A stretch of DNA of 40,900 bases from an uncultured bacterium (GCA_964619725.1 CAZUFC010000075.1:1-40900), one strand, 5' to 3'. Counted from the stretch's first letter, positions 10,863 to 21,430 are shown. Notes: generated by a model from the sequence alone, not told the origin. Numbers and translations: made by a program.

Positions 10863-10922
10863 TCTGAAAAGACGGGCATTGATCAAAAAAGCGTCTTTTG
10901 AGGTTACAATTCGACAGAATCG

Positions 10923-11036
10923 CCCATCATACTCCTGTCGGTCTTCCTCTCTGCTGCACTCGGAATATTCTTCGTTTTCTATTCCGCTCGAAAAGCGGCG
11001 AACCTGAATCCTGTTGAAGCGCTTCGTTATGAATGA
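10923..11036 (+). pseudogene. Duplicated 3' fragment of a macB permease gene
   Basis: 96/114 nt identical to 8847-8960. Translates as PIILLSVFLSAALGIFFVFYSARKAANLNPVEALRYE*. Confidence 0.9.
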
Positions 11037-11232
11037 AGAGGTGCAATGCCTCCCGGAATTATGTCGGATTTTTTATTCCCGTTAGTATTTGGCATGTGAA
11101 GCATTAAAAGGACAAAATGACATAAGGGGCATAAAGGATTTAAGGGAGTGTAAGGGCCGGGATGATGTTAAATTCGTGTCCCAGACTTTTTCAGGAGGGC
11201 TTGGAAATTCTGCCGGCATACGATATCCCTCA

Positions 11233-11715
11233 TCATAACAGGCCGGCAACCGCCACGCCGATGCGGACAATGATCGGCCAAACCACAAGCAGGTAAAGGA
11301 TTAAGAGAATAATCCATTTGCGACCAGAAAACAGCTTATGAGCGCCGCTGCCCTGGAACCCTATGCTGAAGCCGAACATGGCTTGCCATAGAATCCCTGT
11401 CCATCCATACTCGCTGAATGCGGCCATGGATAAAGCGTGAACCAGCACGCCGGCAACAATCGAACCGGCAAACATCTTCCCGGTACCCCTGAGGTCTTCT
11501 TTGCGAAAGTGGACAAGCAGATCGACGGCCAGCAACGCTAAAAGCGCTCCCAAACAAATGTCCGTCCAGATAATGATCCAAATGAAATATGACATCCCCA
11601 CTTCAATCGTTGCCGGAAGGATCAAAAACAATCCAACCGAGCCGATCGCATGCCAGATCGCCAAAATAATACAGATTACCCGGAAGACTACAATCCCAAG
11701 CACTTGCTTATCCAT
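11233..11715 (-). CDS. Hypothetical integral membrane protein (4-5 TM)
   Basis: 160 aa and strongly hydrophobic. AAGGAG RBS upstream. Confidence 0.75.
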   Translation of the reverse strand: MDKQVLGIVVFRVICIILAIWHAIGSVGLFLILPATIEVGMSYFIWIIIWTDICLGALLALLAVDLLVHFRKEDLRGTGKMFAGSIVAGVLVHALSMAAFSEYGWTGILWQAMFGFSIGFQGSGAHKLFSGRKWIILLILYLLVVWPIIVRIGVAVAGLL

Positions 11716-11944
11716 GACATTATAACTCCTTCCAAAGCATTAAAAAAGTGCAACCCCGGTTTGATCAGACCCAAAATTTGACATGCAACCCATGCATTTT
11801 TCATTACTTTATTCTGCAGATTCAGATGCAGTATACCTCAACCATGTTTTACATATTGTTAGCCTCTTTTCACCTTCCGTCCACAGCATCTGAGACTGCG
11901 GGAATTTCTAGTTAAGCGAAACGGTTATTCGCGAAGAACAGGCG

Positions 11945-13543
11945 TTAATCAATTCCCAGGAGAGCCTGCAGTTCATCAATTTGTCTCTGTTGATCGCCCA
12001 GTTGAATTTGTTGTTGCTGAACCACTCGAGTGAGGACCGCAATGATGTCCATGGTCATTAAGCCTTCTCTGTCGTTTGTCGCCACCAGATCGGGAACATC
12101 CTCGGCGATGAAACCCAATCGTTCTTCCTGCTTGTCGCTGATAGAGTTGAACCTTACGGGATCGAGCGCGGTCAATGCTTCCAGCGCCTCCTGCAGGGAA
12201 AGGCTTGCGATATTCCGGCTGTCTTTCCTGGAAGAAGTTTCCGTGAGGCCGGTGCAGCGGATGTCGCCGATTACATCAAGCAAATAGCCGCTTGCGGGAT
12301 TATTCGTACCAATGCCCACGTCTCCGTATTTTGTAATGGCCACGGCTGTGCCTGGTTCGCCGGTTGGAACGACATATGTACGGAATACGTTATCAGCGGT
12401 ACCAAAACAATTTTGCCCCCCGGAGTAAGGTTGGCTCCAGGCCATTCGGGAATTCCACGTATCTCCTCAGACATACCAGGTATAGACCTGGCCGGCGGTC
12501 ACCGGCAAAGGATTGCTAAAAGTAATGGTAAACCATTCGTTTGTGCCGGTATTTACTCCGCTCTGACTGGCCAGCAAGGCGCCGCCGGTCCCCTGCCCGG
12601 AATATATTTCCAGAGTGCCGTTGTTTATCGAGTCTGATAAAACATATATGTCGATTTTAGTTAACTCCCCGGTAATGCCGCAAGTGAAAGACTGATAACA
12701 AGAACCCGTCCAACTGGTGTCGTATGCTTCATTAACCTGATCGAGTATTTCGTCTCCTCCGCCGATCCGGGGCGCTTGAAAATCTATTATTTCATTGGAT
12801 TCGTCGTAACCGAGGGATGCATCTCCGGGTAAACGGATATAACCGGTCACATTTATGTCGCCGGCAACGTCCAGTTTGTGGTTTGGAGCCGATGTGCCTA
12901 CCCCAACCATCTCTGTCGAGGGATTGAAATAGACTTCAGAACCTGCAGCGGTTCCGCCGTTGTTGTAGATCATTTGTCCGTCAGCGCCTGCCGTCGGTCC
13001 CTGCGGACCGCTTGGACCCCGTTCGCCGACCGGTCCGGTCGGACCGGTTGGACCTTCTGGTCCCGTAGGACCGATCAGTCCCGTTGGATCGCCGGTCCAC
13101 ATGCCGGCGCCGTCAATTACCATGCCGTGACCGCAGATCGATACAGATTGAGGAGTGATATCCTCACACGGGACATCTTCAGCAGCATAAGCCTGACCTG
13201 TACTCGTCATTTTTTGTCTCGGGTCCAGAATTTCCGTATCGACTTCTATTTCCAGATAATAAGTTTCGTCAAAATCAAGATCGATCTGCGTTTCCGATCC
13301 CAGTATCACGTCGAAATAACCTTCGCTTACATAAACGTCTAAATGGGTTTCAGTCCATAAGAGCGTACCCTCCAGCGGATCATCGTAAATTCTGAATATA
13401 AAATCATACGTGCCCGTCAAAGGCGCTCCCGGTGCATCAGTTAACTGACCCTGATAGTTGATCTGATGCGGGATGGCGGCTAATGCTCCCGATGCCTCTA
13501 TGGTCAATACAATTAAAAAGAATAAACCGGCAATTTGTTTCAT
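11945..13543 (-). pseudogene. Secreted collagen/tail-fibre-like protein with C-terminal peptidase-S74 chaperone domain, split by an in-frame TGA at 12467-12469
   Basis: Start MKQIAG at 13543, signal peptide, INYQG domain, G-X-Y repeats and VGIGT repeats. ORFs 12467..13669 and 11945..12445 share one frame (...TWYV*GDTWNSRMAWSQ...). Ends LGFIAEDVP plus a coiled coil. Confidence 0.75.
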
Positions 13544-14391
13544 TTGTCTCCCCTGCTTCCAATTTAATTTTTTCGTCGACTTTACAATTAAAAAATAAAG
13601 GTATGTTTTGTAAGGCCGACAACGCTTTTGCATTCGACAACAACGCCAGGATTGCGGCTCCCTGATCATTTAAGGCTGGATCGTTTCATACGGATATGTT
13701 CTCATAAACATTATCCGCCCGGCAACTTGAAATTGCTCAAATATTCAATGAACGAGACCGCCATGCCCTATCCTGTTATGCGAATTCGCCGACTCCATCT
13801 GATTTTCATCCAAACAAAATGTTTCTCAAAATAGTAAAACGCTCATTGATTCGGGCAGCATGATAACAGTCATCCGTAAATTAAATGCTCGTGCAGGTAA
13901 GGAGAATATCAGACCTAAACGCTTCTTCTGTTACCTCATGATCATCCGAATGCCCCCCTCCTCCAACTGAAACATTCCGAAGATCGATCGGAATTTCACC
14001 TCCTTCCGCAGATTCATCCGGGATCAAGACGCCCCGACTGTTTAAGACAATCAAATTCGTTCTCTACGGAAAAATTGCTGACAATTCAAATCCCACTTAC
14101 CATATTAAGAAATTTAACGCTGAAAGTCAACGTCAGAGCGGATTCTCGTAAATAATATCGTTCCTCGTCCGGAAGACAAAAAGCTGAAATTATCACTTGT
14201 GATAATTCTGCTTCGTATGACATTTAACCTACGGACCTGCCTGTTTTCCGACCGGAGGATTCAACGAACAGTAATCTGGCTGAATAAAAGCAGGGTATCC
14301 AATCCTCCGGCATCCTTTTCATTGATATTTCCCGCTTCAACGTCTCATTTGCTTTCTTGAAATTTGCAAAGGCGTTAAATTTTCAGCATCA

Positions 14392-16380
14392 TTACAGAAA
14401 AACCGCCTGGCTTTTCAATTCCGTGATTTTATCCCTGATCTGGGCTGCTTTTTCAAATTCGAGGTTTTTGGCGTGTTTTCTCATTTCTTTTTCGAGGGCT
14501 TTTATGGTTTTTTCGAGTTCTTCTTCGGTTTCGGGTACTTTCAGGTCTTCTTTACCGGTCGGGATAGTAACGTAATCGGCTTCATATACCGATTTTAAGA
14601 CTTCATGGATGGATTTTTTTATTGATTCCGGGGTTATGCCGTGTTCCCTGTTGTATTCCATCTGTTTTTTTCTTCGTCTTTCGGTTTCTTCGACAGCGAA
14701 TTTGATGGAATCGGTCATGCGGTCTGCGTAAAGTATGACCTGGCCGTGAACGTTTCTGGCGCAACGACCAATGGTTTGGATAAGCGAGACGGAAGAGCGG
14801 AGGAAACCTTCCTTGTCCGCGTCCAGGATAGCTACGAGAGTGACTTCCGGGAGGTCAAGTCCTTCTCTCAGCAGATTTATGCCGACCAGGACGTCGAATT
14901 CTCCCAGCCGGAGGTCCCGGATGATTTTCGTTCTTTCCAGGATGCCTATTTCCGAATGGAGGTACCTTACTTTCACGTCCAGATCAGAATAATATTCGGT
15001 CAGGTTTTCGGCCATTTTTTTCGTCAGGGTGGTAACCAGGACCCGCTCGTTGCGTTCGGCTCTTTTTCTGATTTCAGCAAGCAGGTCATCAACCTGCCCT
15101 TCCACCGGTCTGACGATTATCTGGGGATCGAGCAATCCTGTAGGTCTGATGATCTGCTCCGAGACATGTTTTCCGGCTTTTTCGTATTCATAGGCGCCGG
15201 GCGTGGCGGAGACGAAAAGCGCCTGATCAACGTGTTCCTCGAATTCTTCAAACTTCAACGGCCTGTTGTCCAGAGCCGAAGGCAGCCTGAATCCGTGTTT
15301 CACCAATGTTTCTTTCCGTGAGCGATCGCCTCTGTACATGCCTCTTAATTGAGGAACCGTGACGTGACTTTCATCAATAAATATAAGGGCATCTTCGGGC
15401 ATATAGTCCAGCAGGGTAGGCGGCGGTTCTCCTGTTTTACGACCTGTCAGGTGCCGGGAATAGTTTTCTATACCGGAGCAGTATCCGATCAATTCCATCA
15501 TTTCCAGGTCGTAATTGGTTCTTTGTTCCAGCCTTTGAGCCTCCAGAAGCCGGTTCTGCTTTACCAGGTCATCCAGACGCTCCGCAAGCTCTTCCCGGAT
15601 CGATTGCATGGCGTGCTCCATGCGGGCTTGAGTCGTCACATAGTGACTGTTGGGAAACAGGACCAGTTTTTCCAGGCGTTCGAGAGTTTTACCCCGCAAA
15701 GGATCAATTACCGATATGCGGTCCACTTCGTCTCCGAACAGTTCGATCCTGACGGCCCGGTCTTCATACGATGGAAATATTTCCACGACATCGCCACGGA
15801 CTCGAAAAACGCCCCGCCGGAAATCCATATCATTTCTTTCATACTGTATTTCGACCAGTTTTCTGAGTATGCTGCGCCTGCTTATCTTTTCACCCTGCTC
15901 AACCTGCAACATAAGACCGAAATACTCCTCCGGCGAACCCAAACCATATATGCATGAGACGCTGGCTACAATTACCACATCACGGCGTTCGAATAACGCT
16001 CTTGTTGCGGAATGCCTCATCTTGTCAATTTCATCATTGATGGAAGCATCTTTTTCTATATAAGTGTCCGTGGTGGGGACGTAAGCCTCGGGTTGATAAT
16101 AGTCATAATAGCTTACGAAATATTCCACGCTGTTTTCCGGAAAAAAGGATTCGAATTCGCGGTAAAGCTGCGCTGCCAACGTTTTGTTGTGCGATACAAT
16201 CAGAGTCGGACGGTTGACGCCTTCAATCACTTTGGCCATGGAAAAAGTCTTTCCCGACCCGGTAACTCCCAGCAGTATCTGATGCTTTACGCTATCGTTT
16301 ATTTTTCTGACGATGGATTCAATAGCCGCAATCTGATCCCCTTGGGGTTCGTATTCCGAAACAACTTTGAACCTGGGCAT
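14392..16380 (-). CDS. uvrB: Excinuclease ABC subunit B
   Basis: [41 protein letters not shown] and the C-terminal UVR domain ([11 protein letters not shown]). Likely start is MPRFKVV at 16380. Confidence 0.98.
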   Translation of the reverse strand: MPRFKVVSEYEPQGDQIAAIESIVRKINDSVKHQILLGVTGSGKTFSMAKVIEGVNRPTLIVSHNKTLAAQLYREFESFFPENSVEYFVSYYDYYQPEAYVPTTDTYIEKDASINDEIDKMRHSATRALFERRDVVIVASVSCIYGLGSPEEYFGLMLQVEQGEKISRRSILRKLVEIQYERNDMDFRRGVFRVRGDVVEIFPSYEDRAVRIELFGDEVDRISVIDPLRGKTLERLEKLVLFPNSHYVTTQARMEHAMQSIREELAERLDDLVKQNRLLEAQRLEQRTNYDLEMMELIGYCSGIENYSRHLTGRKTGEPPPTLLDYMPEDALIFIDESHVTVPQLRGMYRGDRSRKETLVKHGFRLPSALDNRPLKFEEFEEHVDQALFVSATPGAYEYEKAGKHVSEQIIRPTGLLDPQIIVRPVEGQVDDLLAEIRKRAERNERVLVTTLTKKMAENLTEYYSDLDVKVRYLHSEIGILERTKIIRDLRLGEFDVLVGINLLREGLDLPEVTLVAILDADKEGFLRSSVSLIQTIGRCARNVHGQVILYADRMTDSIKFAVEETERRRKKQMEYNREHGITPESIKKSIHEVLKSVYEADYVTIPTGKEDLKVPETEEELEKTIKALEKEMRKHAKNLEFEKAAQIRDKITELKSQAVFL

Positions 16381-16551
16381 TCCTCTAGGCCTTTCATTCA
16401 TTCTTATGTCAATATACTTTAACAGCAACTCAAAAAACGATTCATAGCTGACCGTATCTTTTACCGTTACCGCAGAAGCCTGTACCTTCTGCATTCAGAA
16501 TATACATTCATGCCCCGGACAGGTCAAACGTCAGCGATTCCGTTTCGATTG

Positions 16552-17976
16552 TCAGTAATAGTCCCATTCGATAACCTGGAGTTCGCCGATCAGAACGAAA
16601 CTCTCCTGCTGGAACATAGCCGAATAGAATTTCAATCCCCCGGCGGCTCCCGCAGCGTCAGGCCATGTAAAATCCAGAACAGATTCCCAGTCTGAGAATC
16701 CCGGAGTAAGCTGCAGACGACGAAAATCCGCTTCCTCGTTCCATGAAGGCCAGAAGAAGAAAACATTAAATGCTTCCAGCGCAATATATTGATCGACAGT
16801 TTGACCGGAACGGATCAGTGAGCGGCATTCCAGAATAAAACTGTCGTATGCGGTGAAGCTGTCGTCGGAAAGTTTTATGTAAAAGCCTTCTTCTCTATGC
16901 ATCGGCGTGGGAGAAGGGGCAGGCGTAGGTGAAGCGCCCGGATCGCAATCAGGCTCGTAGCCCTGATTCACGGTCATTCGATCCAGTTCTCTGACTGTGG
17001 CATAGGGGATGAAGGAACAGGACGGCGCAAATTGATCATAGAAGACGCTTATTTTGGCCGGTTCGGTCAAATATTCCACGGCCAGTACAGGCTTATCGGC
17101 TGCTCTGAACTGTTCAAGCAGCTCTATGACGTCCCATTGCGGGCAATAATCGTTATTTTCATCATCCGGGCCATAAAAAAAGGTGTCCTCTGAACCGATG
17201 CCGTCAATCGCATAAAAGTAAACGGAACGTTGAACCGAGGCTTCCAGCCCCGGATCGGATGCGTCCGGATAGGAATCAGGACTGATTATTCCCGCTCCGT
17301 TCTGCGGCAGAACAAGAAAGTTATTTATTCCTTTCGTCATCTGAGCGTAATGAGAGATATCCCGGACTAACCGTACCATGTCGGCCGGGGATTGACGATT
17401 TGCATCATTGCCGCCGATCTCGTGAGGGCCCCAATATTCGTAAGCATCCACGACATCAAGGTATACGCCGTCAAATCCCTGATCCATTATGCGGTCCAGG
17501 TAACTCTTGTTCGGACCGGAACTCGTTCCGTAAAGAATCTCCCGCCATCCCTCATGCCAGAATCTCACTTTATAATTCCCGGGCCACTCAGGATTGGACG
17601 GTCCCAACCACTCCGGCGCATCGGCATCGGGAATACCGAAAGGAGCTTCATCGTCCCACCAGGCTTTCCAGTAAAACCTGTAATCCTCTGCCTCGCCGAC
17701 GGAAAAATAGCCCAAAACGATCCGGTCGCCGCAACCGCCGCCGCTCCGGATATATTGAATATCGTGAGCGCTGAATTCTCCCTCTTCGCCCCCGTCCGAA
17801 GAATAATCCATGATGACCAGATCAAACAATGATTCGGTTAATTCGCTCAAGCCCTCATAACCCTGAAGCTGATAAGTAAAATCATCGACCGATCCCAGCG
17901 GATAAGCGCGTATTTTTATTCCAAAGAATGGTATGAAAAGCATGCAGGCGATGAATAAGATTGAATGCCGGTTCAT
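16552..17976 (-). CDS. Secreted GH114/TM1410-family (endo-alpha-1,4-polygalactosaminidase-like) protein with the shared C-terminal domain
   Basis: YQLQ, GYFSVGEAEDYRFYW, GFDGVYLDVVDAY and VLPQNG motifs. GGAGG RBS before the ATG at 17976. P/T linker then the C-terminal domain. Confidence 0.85.
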   Translation of the reverse strand: MNRHSILFIACMLFIPFFGIKIRAYPLGSVDDFTYQLQGYEGLSELTESLFDLVIMDYSSDGGEEGEFSAHDIQYIRSGGGCGDRIVLGYFSVGEAEDYRFYWKAWWDDEAPFGIPDADAPEWLGPSNPEWPGNYKVRFWHEGWREILYGTSSGPNKSYLDRIMDQGFDGVYLDVVDAYEYWGPHEIGGNDANRQSPADMVRLVRDISHYAQMTKGINNFLVLPQNGAGIISPDSYPDASDPGLEASVQRSVYFYAIDGIGSEDTFFYGPDDENNDYCPQWDVIELLEQFRAADKPVLAVEYLTEPAKISVFYDQFAPSCSFIPYATVRELDRMTVNQGYEPDCDPGASPTPAPSPTPMHREEGFYIKLSDDSFTAYDSFILECRSLIRSGQTVDQYIALEAFNVFFFWPSWNEEADFRRLQLTPGFSDWESVLDFTWPDAAGAAGGLKFYSAMFQQESFVLIGELQVIEWDYY

Positions 17977-18178
17977 AACGTCAGCCCTCCATTCCTCAAA
18001 TACACTATAATCAACAATTGAAGCAGGATCAAAAAAATCGCATTGATCAAATGCCAGTGTTTCGAGGTTGCAATTCTGAATAATAACCCACAATGTGCAA
18101 TGGTCCTTTATCAAGTAATTTGCGGGCCGTGACTCATAGGAAAGACAATCCCCCTATCCGTTTCCGGAAGCTATTTTG

Positions 18179-18566
18179 GGGACTGATCAAGCCGGGGTTA
18201 CAATTCTTTCAAAACTTTTGACAATTTGTGTCGACATCGCAATCGGTATCGGGGTCGGTATCGCAATCGGTATCGGTATCGTGGCCGGTATGGCAATCGG
18301 TATCAGTATCGGTATCGGGGTCGGGGTCGTAATCGGTATCGGGGTCAGTATCGAAATCGGTATAGGCATCGGTATCGGTATCGGGGTCGCAATCGGTATC
18401 GCAATCGGTATCGGGGTCGGGGTCGTAATCGGTATCGGTATCGATATCGGGGTCAGTATCGCAATCGGTATAGGCATCAGTATCGCAATCGTGATCGAAA
18501 TCGAAATAAAATGACAGACGATTCTGTCGAATTGTAACCTAAAAAGAGGCTTTTTTGATCAAAGCC
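18179..18566 (+). mobile_element. MITE family A copy with 45 RTCGNN hexamers
   Basis: Left end GGGACTGATCAA..GGTTACAATT, array at 18236-18505, right end ..AATTGTAACC..TTGATCAAAGCC. Flanks are homologous to 40413-40723. Confidence 0.85.
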
Positions 18567-18635
18567 ATAATTTTTACCGGCAAATTATCTGTCGCAAACG
18601 GTTTGAAAAAGCGTTACACCCATCTGATCAGTCCC
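18567..18635 (-). mobile_element. Extra diverged left-type end of family A, in inverted orientation
   Basis: Reverse complement GGGACTGATCAGATGGGTGTAACGCTTTTTCAAACCGTTTGCGACA resembles the 18179 left end. Confidence 0.55.
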
Positions 18636-18817
18636 CCATAATCCCTTTTCTAATCAGGCAACTCCCCTTTTACAGCTAAGGAAAGGGGGCCGGCGGGTAA
18701 GGTCAACGCCGAACTTGTTTGCACTCTACAGAAGTAAAATGTTAATTTAGTATGCCGGTACGGAGTCATCCTTCGCCGGCGAAAAGCAACTCATATTTAT
18801 CCAAAGGAGGCCGGCTC

Positions 18818-19555
18818 ATGAAAATCACGATGTTCAACGGCAGTCACAAGGGGCATCGGGGCAATACTTTCATCATGGTCGAGGAATTTCTGGCCGGAGC
18901 TCGTGAAGCGGGTGCGGAAACGGAACAGGTTATTCTGGCCGACAAGGAGATCAATCTTTGCAAGGCGTGCATGAACTGCTGGTTTGAGACGCCGGGAAAA
19001 TGCATCATCAGGGATGATATGGATGAACTTCTGCCCAAGGTTATTGAAACAAATATCCTGGGACTGGCTACTCCGGTTTATGTGGATAACGTTACGGGAT
19101 TGATGAAGAATTTTCTGGACAGGATAATTCCTGTCGGCGACCCGCACTGGGAAAAAGACGAAAACGGCGAATGCCGCCACAAAGCCCGCTTCGGCGAAGA
19201 CAATAAAATGGTGATGATATCCAATTGCGGATTCCCGGAACAGAGTCATTTTCAGGTTTTAAGATTGCTGGCGCGTCGAATGGCCCGGAACCTTCACGCT
19301 GATCTGATCGCTGAAATATACAGAGGCGGCGGCGGATTATTGAAAAGCAAGAATCCGGAAGTCCGGCCCTTTATTGAAAAATACAAAAAACTGCTGAGGA
19401 AAGCCGGGGCTGAAACCATAAAAAATCAGGCATTGTCGGTAGAAACAAAGGCGGCCCTGGAAAAACCGCTCGTTCCCATGGAAAACCTGGTCGATCAATA
19501 CGTCGCCAGGGTTAATCAGATGTGCGATGAGCGGTTAGGTTCGGGAAGGAAATAG
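18818..19555 (+). CDS. Iron-sulfur flavoprotein / flavodoxin-family protein
   Basis: MKITMFNGS..GNT, CxxCxxC..C (CKACMNCW..GKC), ATPVY and KNFLDR motifs. AAGGAGG RBS. Confidence 0.9.
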   Translation: MKITMFNGSHKGHRGNTFIMVEEFLAGAREAGAETEQVILADKEINLCKACMNCWFETPGKCIIRDDMDELLPKVIETNILGLATPVYVDNVTGLMKNFLDRIIPVGDPHWEKDENGECRHKARFGEDNKMVMISNCGFPEQSHFQVLRLLARRMARNLHADLIAEIYRGGGGLLKSKNPEVRPFIEKYKKLLRKAGAETIKNQALSVETKAALEKPLVPMENLVDQYVARVNQMCDERLGSGRK

Positions 19556-19562
19556 AGAGTTC

Positions 19563-19651
19563 ATCCAACGGCTCAGGATAACCGACGGCGAAGATTCCGC
19601 ATCGGTTTTTCGAAAAGCGTTTTCGCCGTCCGGTTCATCCGGCGATTCGGC
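19563..19651 (-). other. Solitary attC-like integron cassette recombination site
   Basis: Minus strand reads GCCGAAT (R'', one mismatch to AAC), GATGAACC (L''), GACGGCGAA...TTCGCCGTC, GGTTATC (L') and GTTGGAT (R'). The two unpaired bases lie on the R''/L'' arm. Confidence 0.6.
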
Positions 19652-19968
19652 CTGACATAAAAACAAGCTGCAAGTGGACTGTTATTTTTCGGCAAGATGT
19701 TTCTTATTACTCACCAAATAACATGAAAGCCAATATCCTTTTCTTCTGATCGCATGAGTTTGAGGTGTAATCTGTTTCAGCAATCCTTTCCTTTTAGCCA
19801 ATAATAAATTCCCTAATGTGCCGATTACAGGCAAACCAATTTTCCGGGCAACATTGCGACTGTCGAATTTTACTTTTACCTGTGACTATGATTATCATAG
19901 ATTGGGTTCCGGCGGTTGGAGTTTCGGAACATTTCGGCAAGGAGCGCTACGGAGGGATTGAAAAAAAA

Positions 19969-21408
19969 ATGAATCGAAAAAGCATCATCACGGCCTCATT
20001 GTTTTCCTTGATTTTCATCATATGGACGAATTTTGAAATCCGTGCTTCCCAGGAGCCTGAATGGGCCATAGAGAATTCTTATACCTATGACATTCAGATT
20101 GACGGATCGGCCAATTTTGAGCAGGGTAACATGGAATTGACGTTAACGGCTGATGACGTGGTTTACGAGGTGGTAGATTTTGGAATCCGCAGTTTTTCGC
20201 ACGGCAGCATGGCGACGCATGAGGTTTACATCGTGAGTTTCAGCGGTTCGGGTTTCGCTTCGGGAACGGCGGACATAACGGAGCCGGTTCAGTTGAATGC
20301 TCCTGTGGAGATCAGGAATGCGCTTTACGAGGGTGAGATGTGGATAACGACGGAAGGATTGGCGACGGCGAAGATTTACCGGCATATCGCCGGTGAGTGC
20401 TGGATCAAGCCGTTCTTCGCCTGGCAATATGCCGGGCCTGTGGACTTGTGGGAAAACGAGGAATATGATCCGCCGCTGCAGGACGTTCAATTTCCCGCAT
20501 CAGTCGGTGATGAGTGGGAGGATGATTTAATACTTTATGCATTCGGACAGATATCGGCGTACCTGGAAATATACGGCATTCCTTTTTACATTAACGAGCC
20601 TTTCGACCAGTCGCAGAATTTTACGCTTCAGGCTGAAAACGAGATTGAGGAATGGAAGAATCAGTGCTGGTCTTACAGGATATTTCATGACGATTTTTAT
20701 TCAAACGCGTCAGAACGTTACTGGTATTGCCCGGAAGCGCTCTGGTTTTCTGCAAAGAACCTGCAGCAGATCACCGTCTCCGGCTCAGGTCTGAATATAG
20801 AATCCCTGGACATGAACCTCACGTCTTACTCTGTAGTAACTCCGACGCCCTATCTTTCACCGACGCCGGGTCCAACTGGAAGCGCGACTCCGGAGGTTAC
20901 GTCAACTCCCAGTTCCACGTCTACATCGACTGTTACTCCGACATGCACTTCTCAGCCTTCCAAAACACCGGATGAAACTCCGGCAGCAACCCTCACGCCT
21001 GAAGATACTGCGCCTACCAATCCGCCGGTAACTCCCACTGCCGGGCCATCTCCGGAACCCGGAACGATAACGGTCGATTTGATGTTGAACCAGGAGCTCT
21101 TCTATGCCGGCGACACGTTTCTCCTTCGATTAAAAATTACGAACAATAAAGCGGATATGACCCTCCTGGAATTCATTCTGCTGGATGTCTACGGCGCTTA
21201 CTGGTATTACGACGGCTGGACTGAACAAGTCGATTATGTCGAACTTTTCATTCCATTCGGATACGATCAGGATGAAACCATACTTGAATTCGAATGGCCG
21301 CCCGATACAGGAGCGGCGGACGACATCAGGTTCTGGAGCGCCCTGGTGAATCCGGTCGGAATGACGCTGGTCAGCAATGTCGATTCGGTCGTTTTCAGCT
21401 ATCGTTAA
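19969..21408 (+). CDS. Secreted hypothetical protein: beta-rich N-domain, P/T linker and the shared C-terminal domain
   Basis: GGAGG RBS, signal peptide MNRKSII..IRA, PT linker and the C-terminal domain from ~21061. Confidence 0.85.
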   Translation: MNRKSIITASLFSLIFIIWTNFEIRASQEPEWAIENSYTYDIQIDGSANFEQGNMELTLTADDVVYEVVDFGIRSFSHGSMATHEVYIVSFSGSGFASGTADITEPVQLNAPVEIRNALYEGEMWITTEGLATAKIYRHIAGECWIKPFFAWQYAGPVDLWENEEYDPPLQDVQFPASVGDEWEDDLILYAFGQISAYLEIYGIPFYINEPFDQSQNFTLQAENEIEEWKNQCWSYRIFHDDFYSNASERYWYCPEALWFSAKNLQQITVSGSGLNIESLDMNLTSYSVVTPTPYLSPTPGPTGSATPEVTSTPSSTSTSTVTPTCTSQPSKTPDETPAATLTPEDTAPTNPPVTPTAGPSPEPGTITVDLMLNQELFYAGDTFLLRLKITNNKADMTLLEFILLDVYGAYWYYDGWTEQVDYVELFIPFGYDQDETILEFEWPPDTGAADDIRFWSALVNPVGMTLVSNVDSVVFSYR

Positions 21409-21430
21409 AAATTCAGCAACGCAGAGATGA

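Larger units (their letters stand above)
10875..11772 (-). mobile_element. Pair of MITE-family-A ends enclosing cargo (MIC-like cassette)
   Basis: 10875-10922 is the reverse complement of the right end seen at 18566 and 40723. 11772 back to ~11742 reads GGGTCTGATCAAACCGGGGTTGCACTT, matching the left ends at 18179 and 40413. No target-site duplication is visible. Confidence 0.65.

Noticed and set aside
8847-11036. DGR template/variable repeat pair
   Set aside because: The differences are not adenine-specific, there is no reverse transcriptase, and the target is a conserved permease tail.
11945-13543. Prophage inferred from tail-fibre/S74 domains
   Set aside because: The protein has a signal peptide, and there are no capsid, terminase or integrase genes nearby.
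13850-14330. Riboswitch or small gene in the long intergenic region (GGAGGTGA plus hairpin on the minus strand)
   Set aside because: No start codon at a suitable spacing and no riboswitch consensus that I can recognise.
14641-16422. Plus-strand ORFs overlapping uvrB, and similar antisense or alternate-frame ORFs inside other long genes
   Set aside because: These are shadow ORFs of well-supported genes with no recognisable motifs.
18236-18505. CRISPR array
   Set aside because: The hexamers are contiguous with no unique spacers, and there are no cas genes in the window.
18176-18537. IG-, PI- and RY-repeat ORFs here, and RY/PI/DT ORFs at 40398-40719
   Set aside because: These are by-products of a 6-bp repeat that leaves most frames open. 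They have no RBS or conserved start and lie within the MITE.
19951-19971. A9 tract between RBS and ATG as a phase-variation switch
   Set aside because: A/T runs of 8-9 are common in this window's intergenic DNA, and there is no evidence of length variation.
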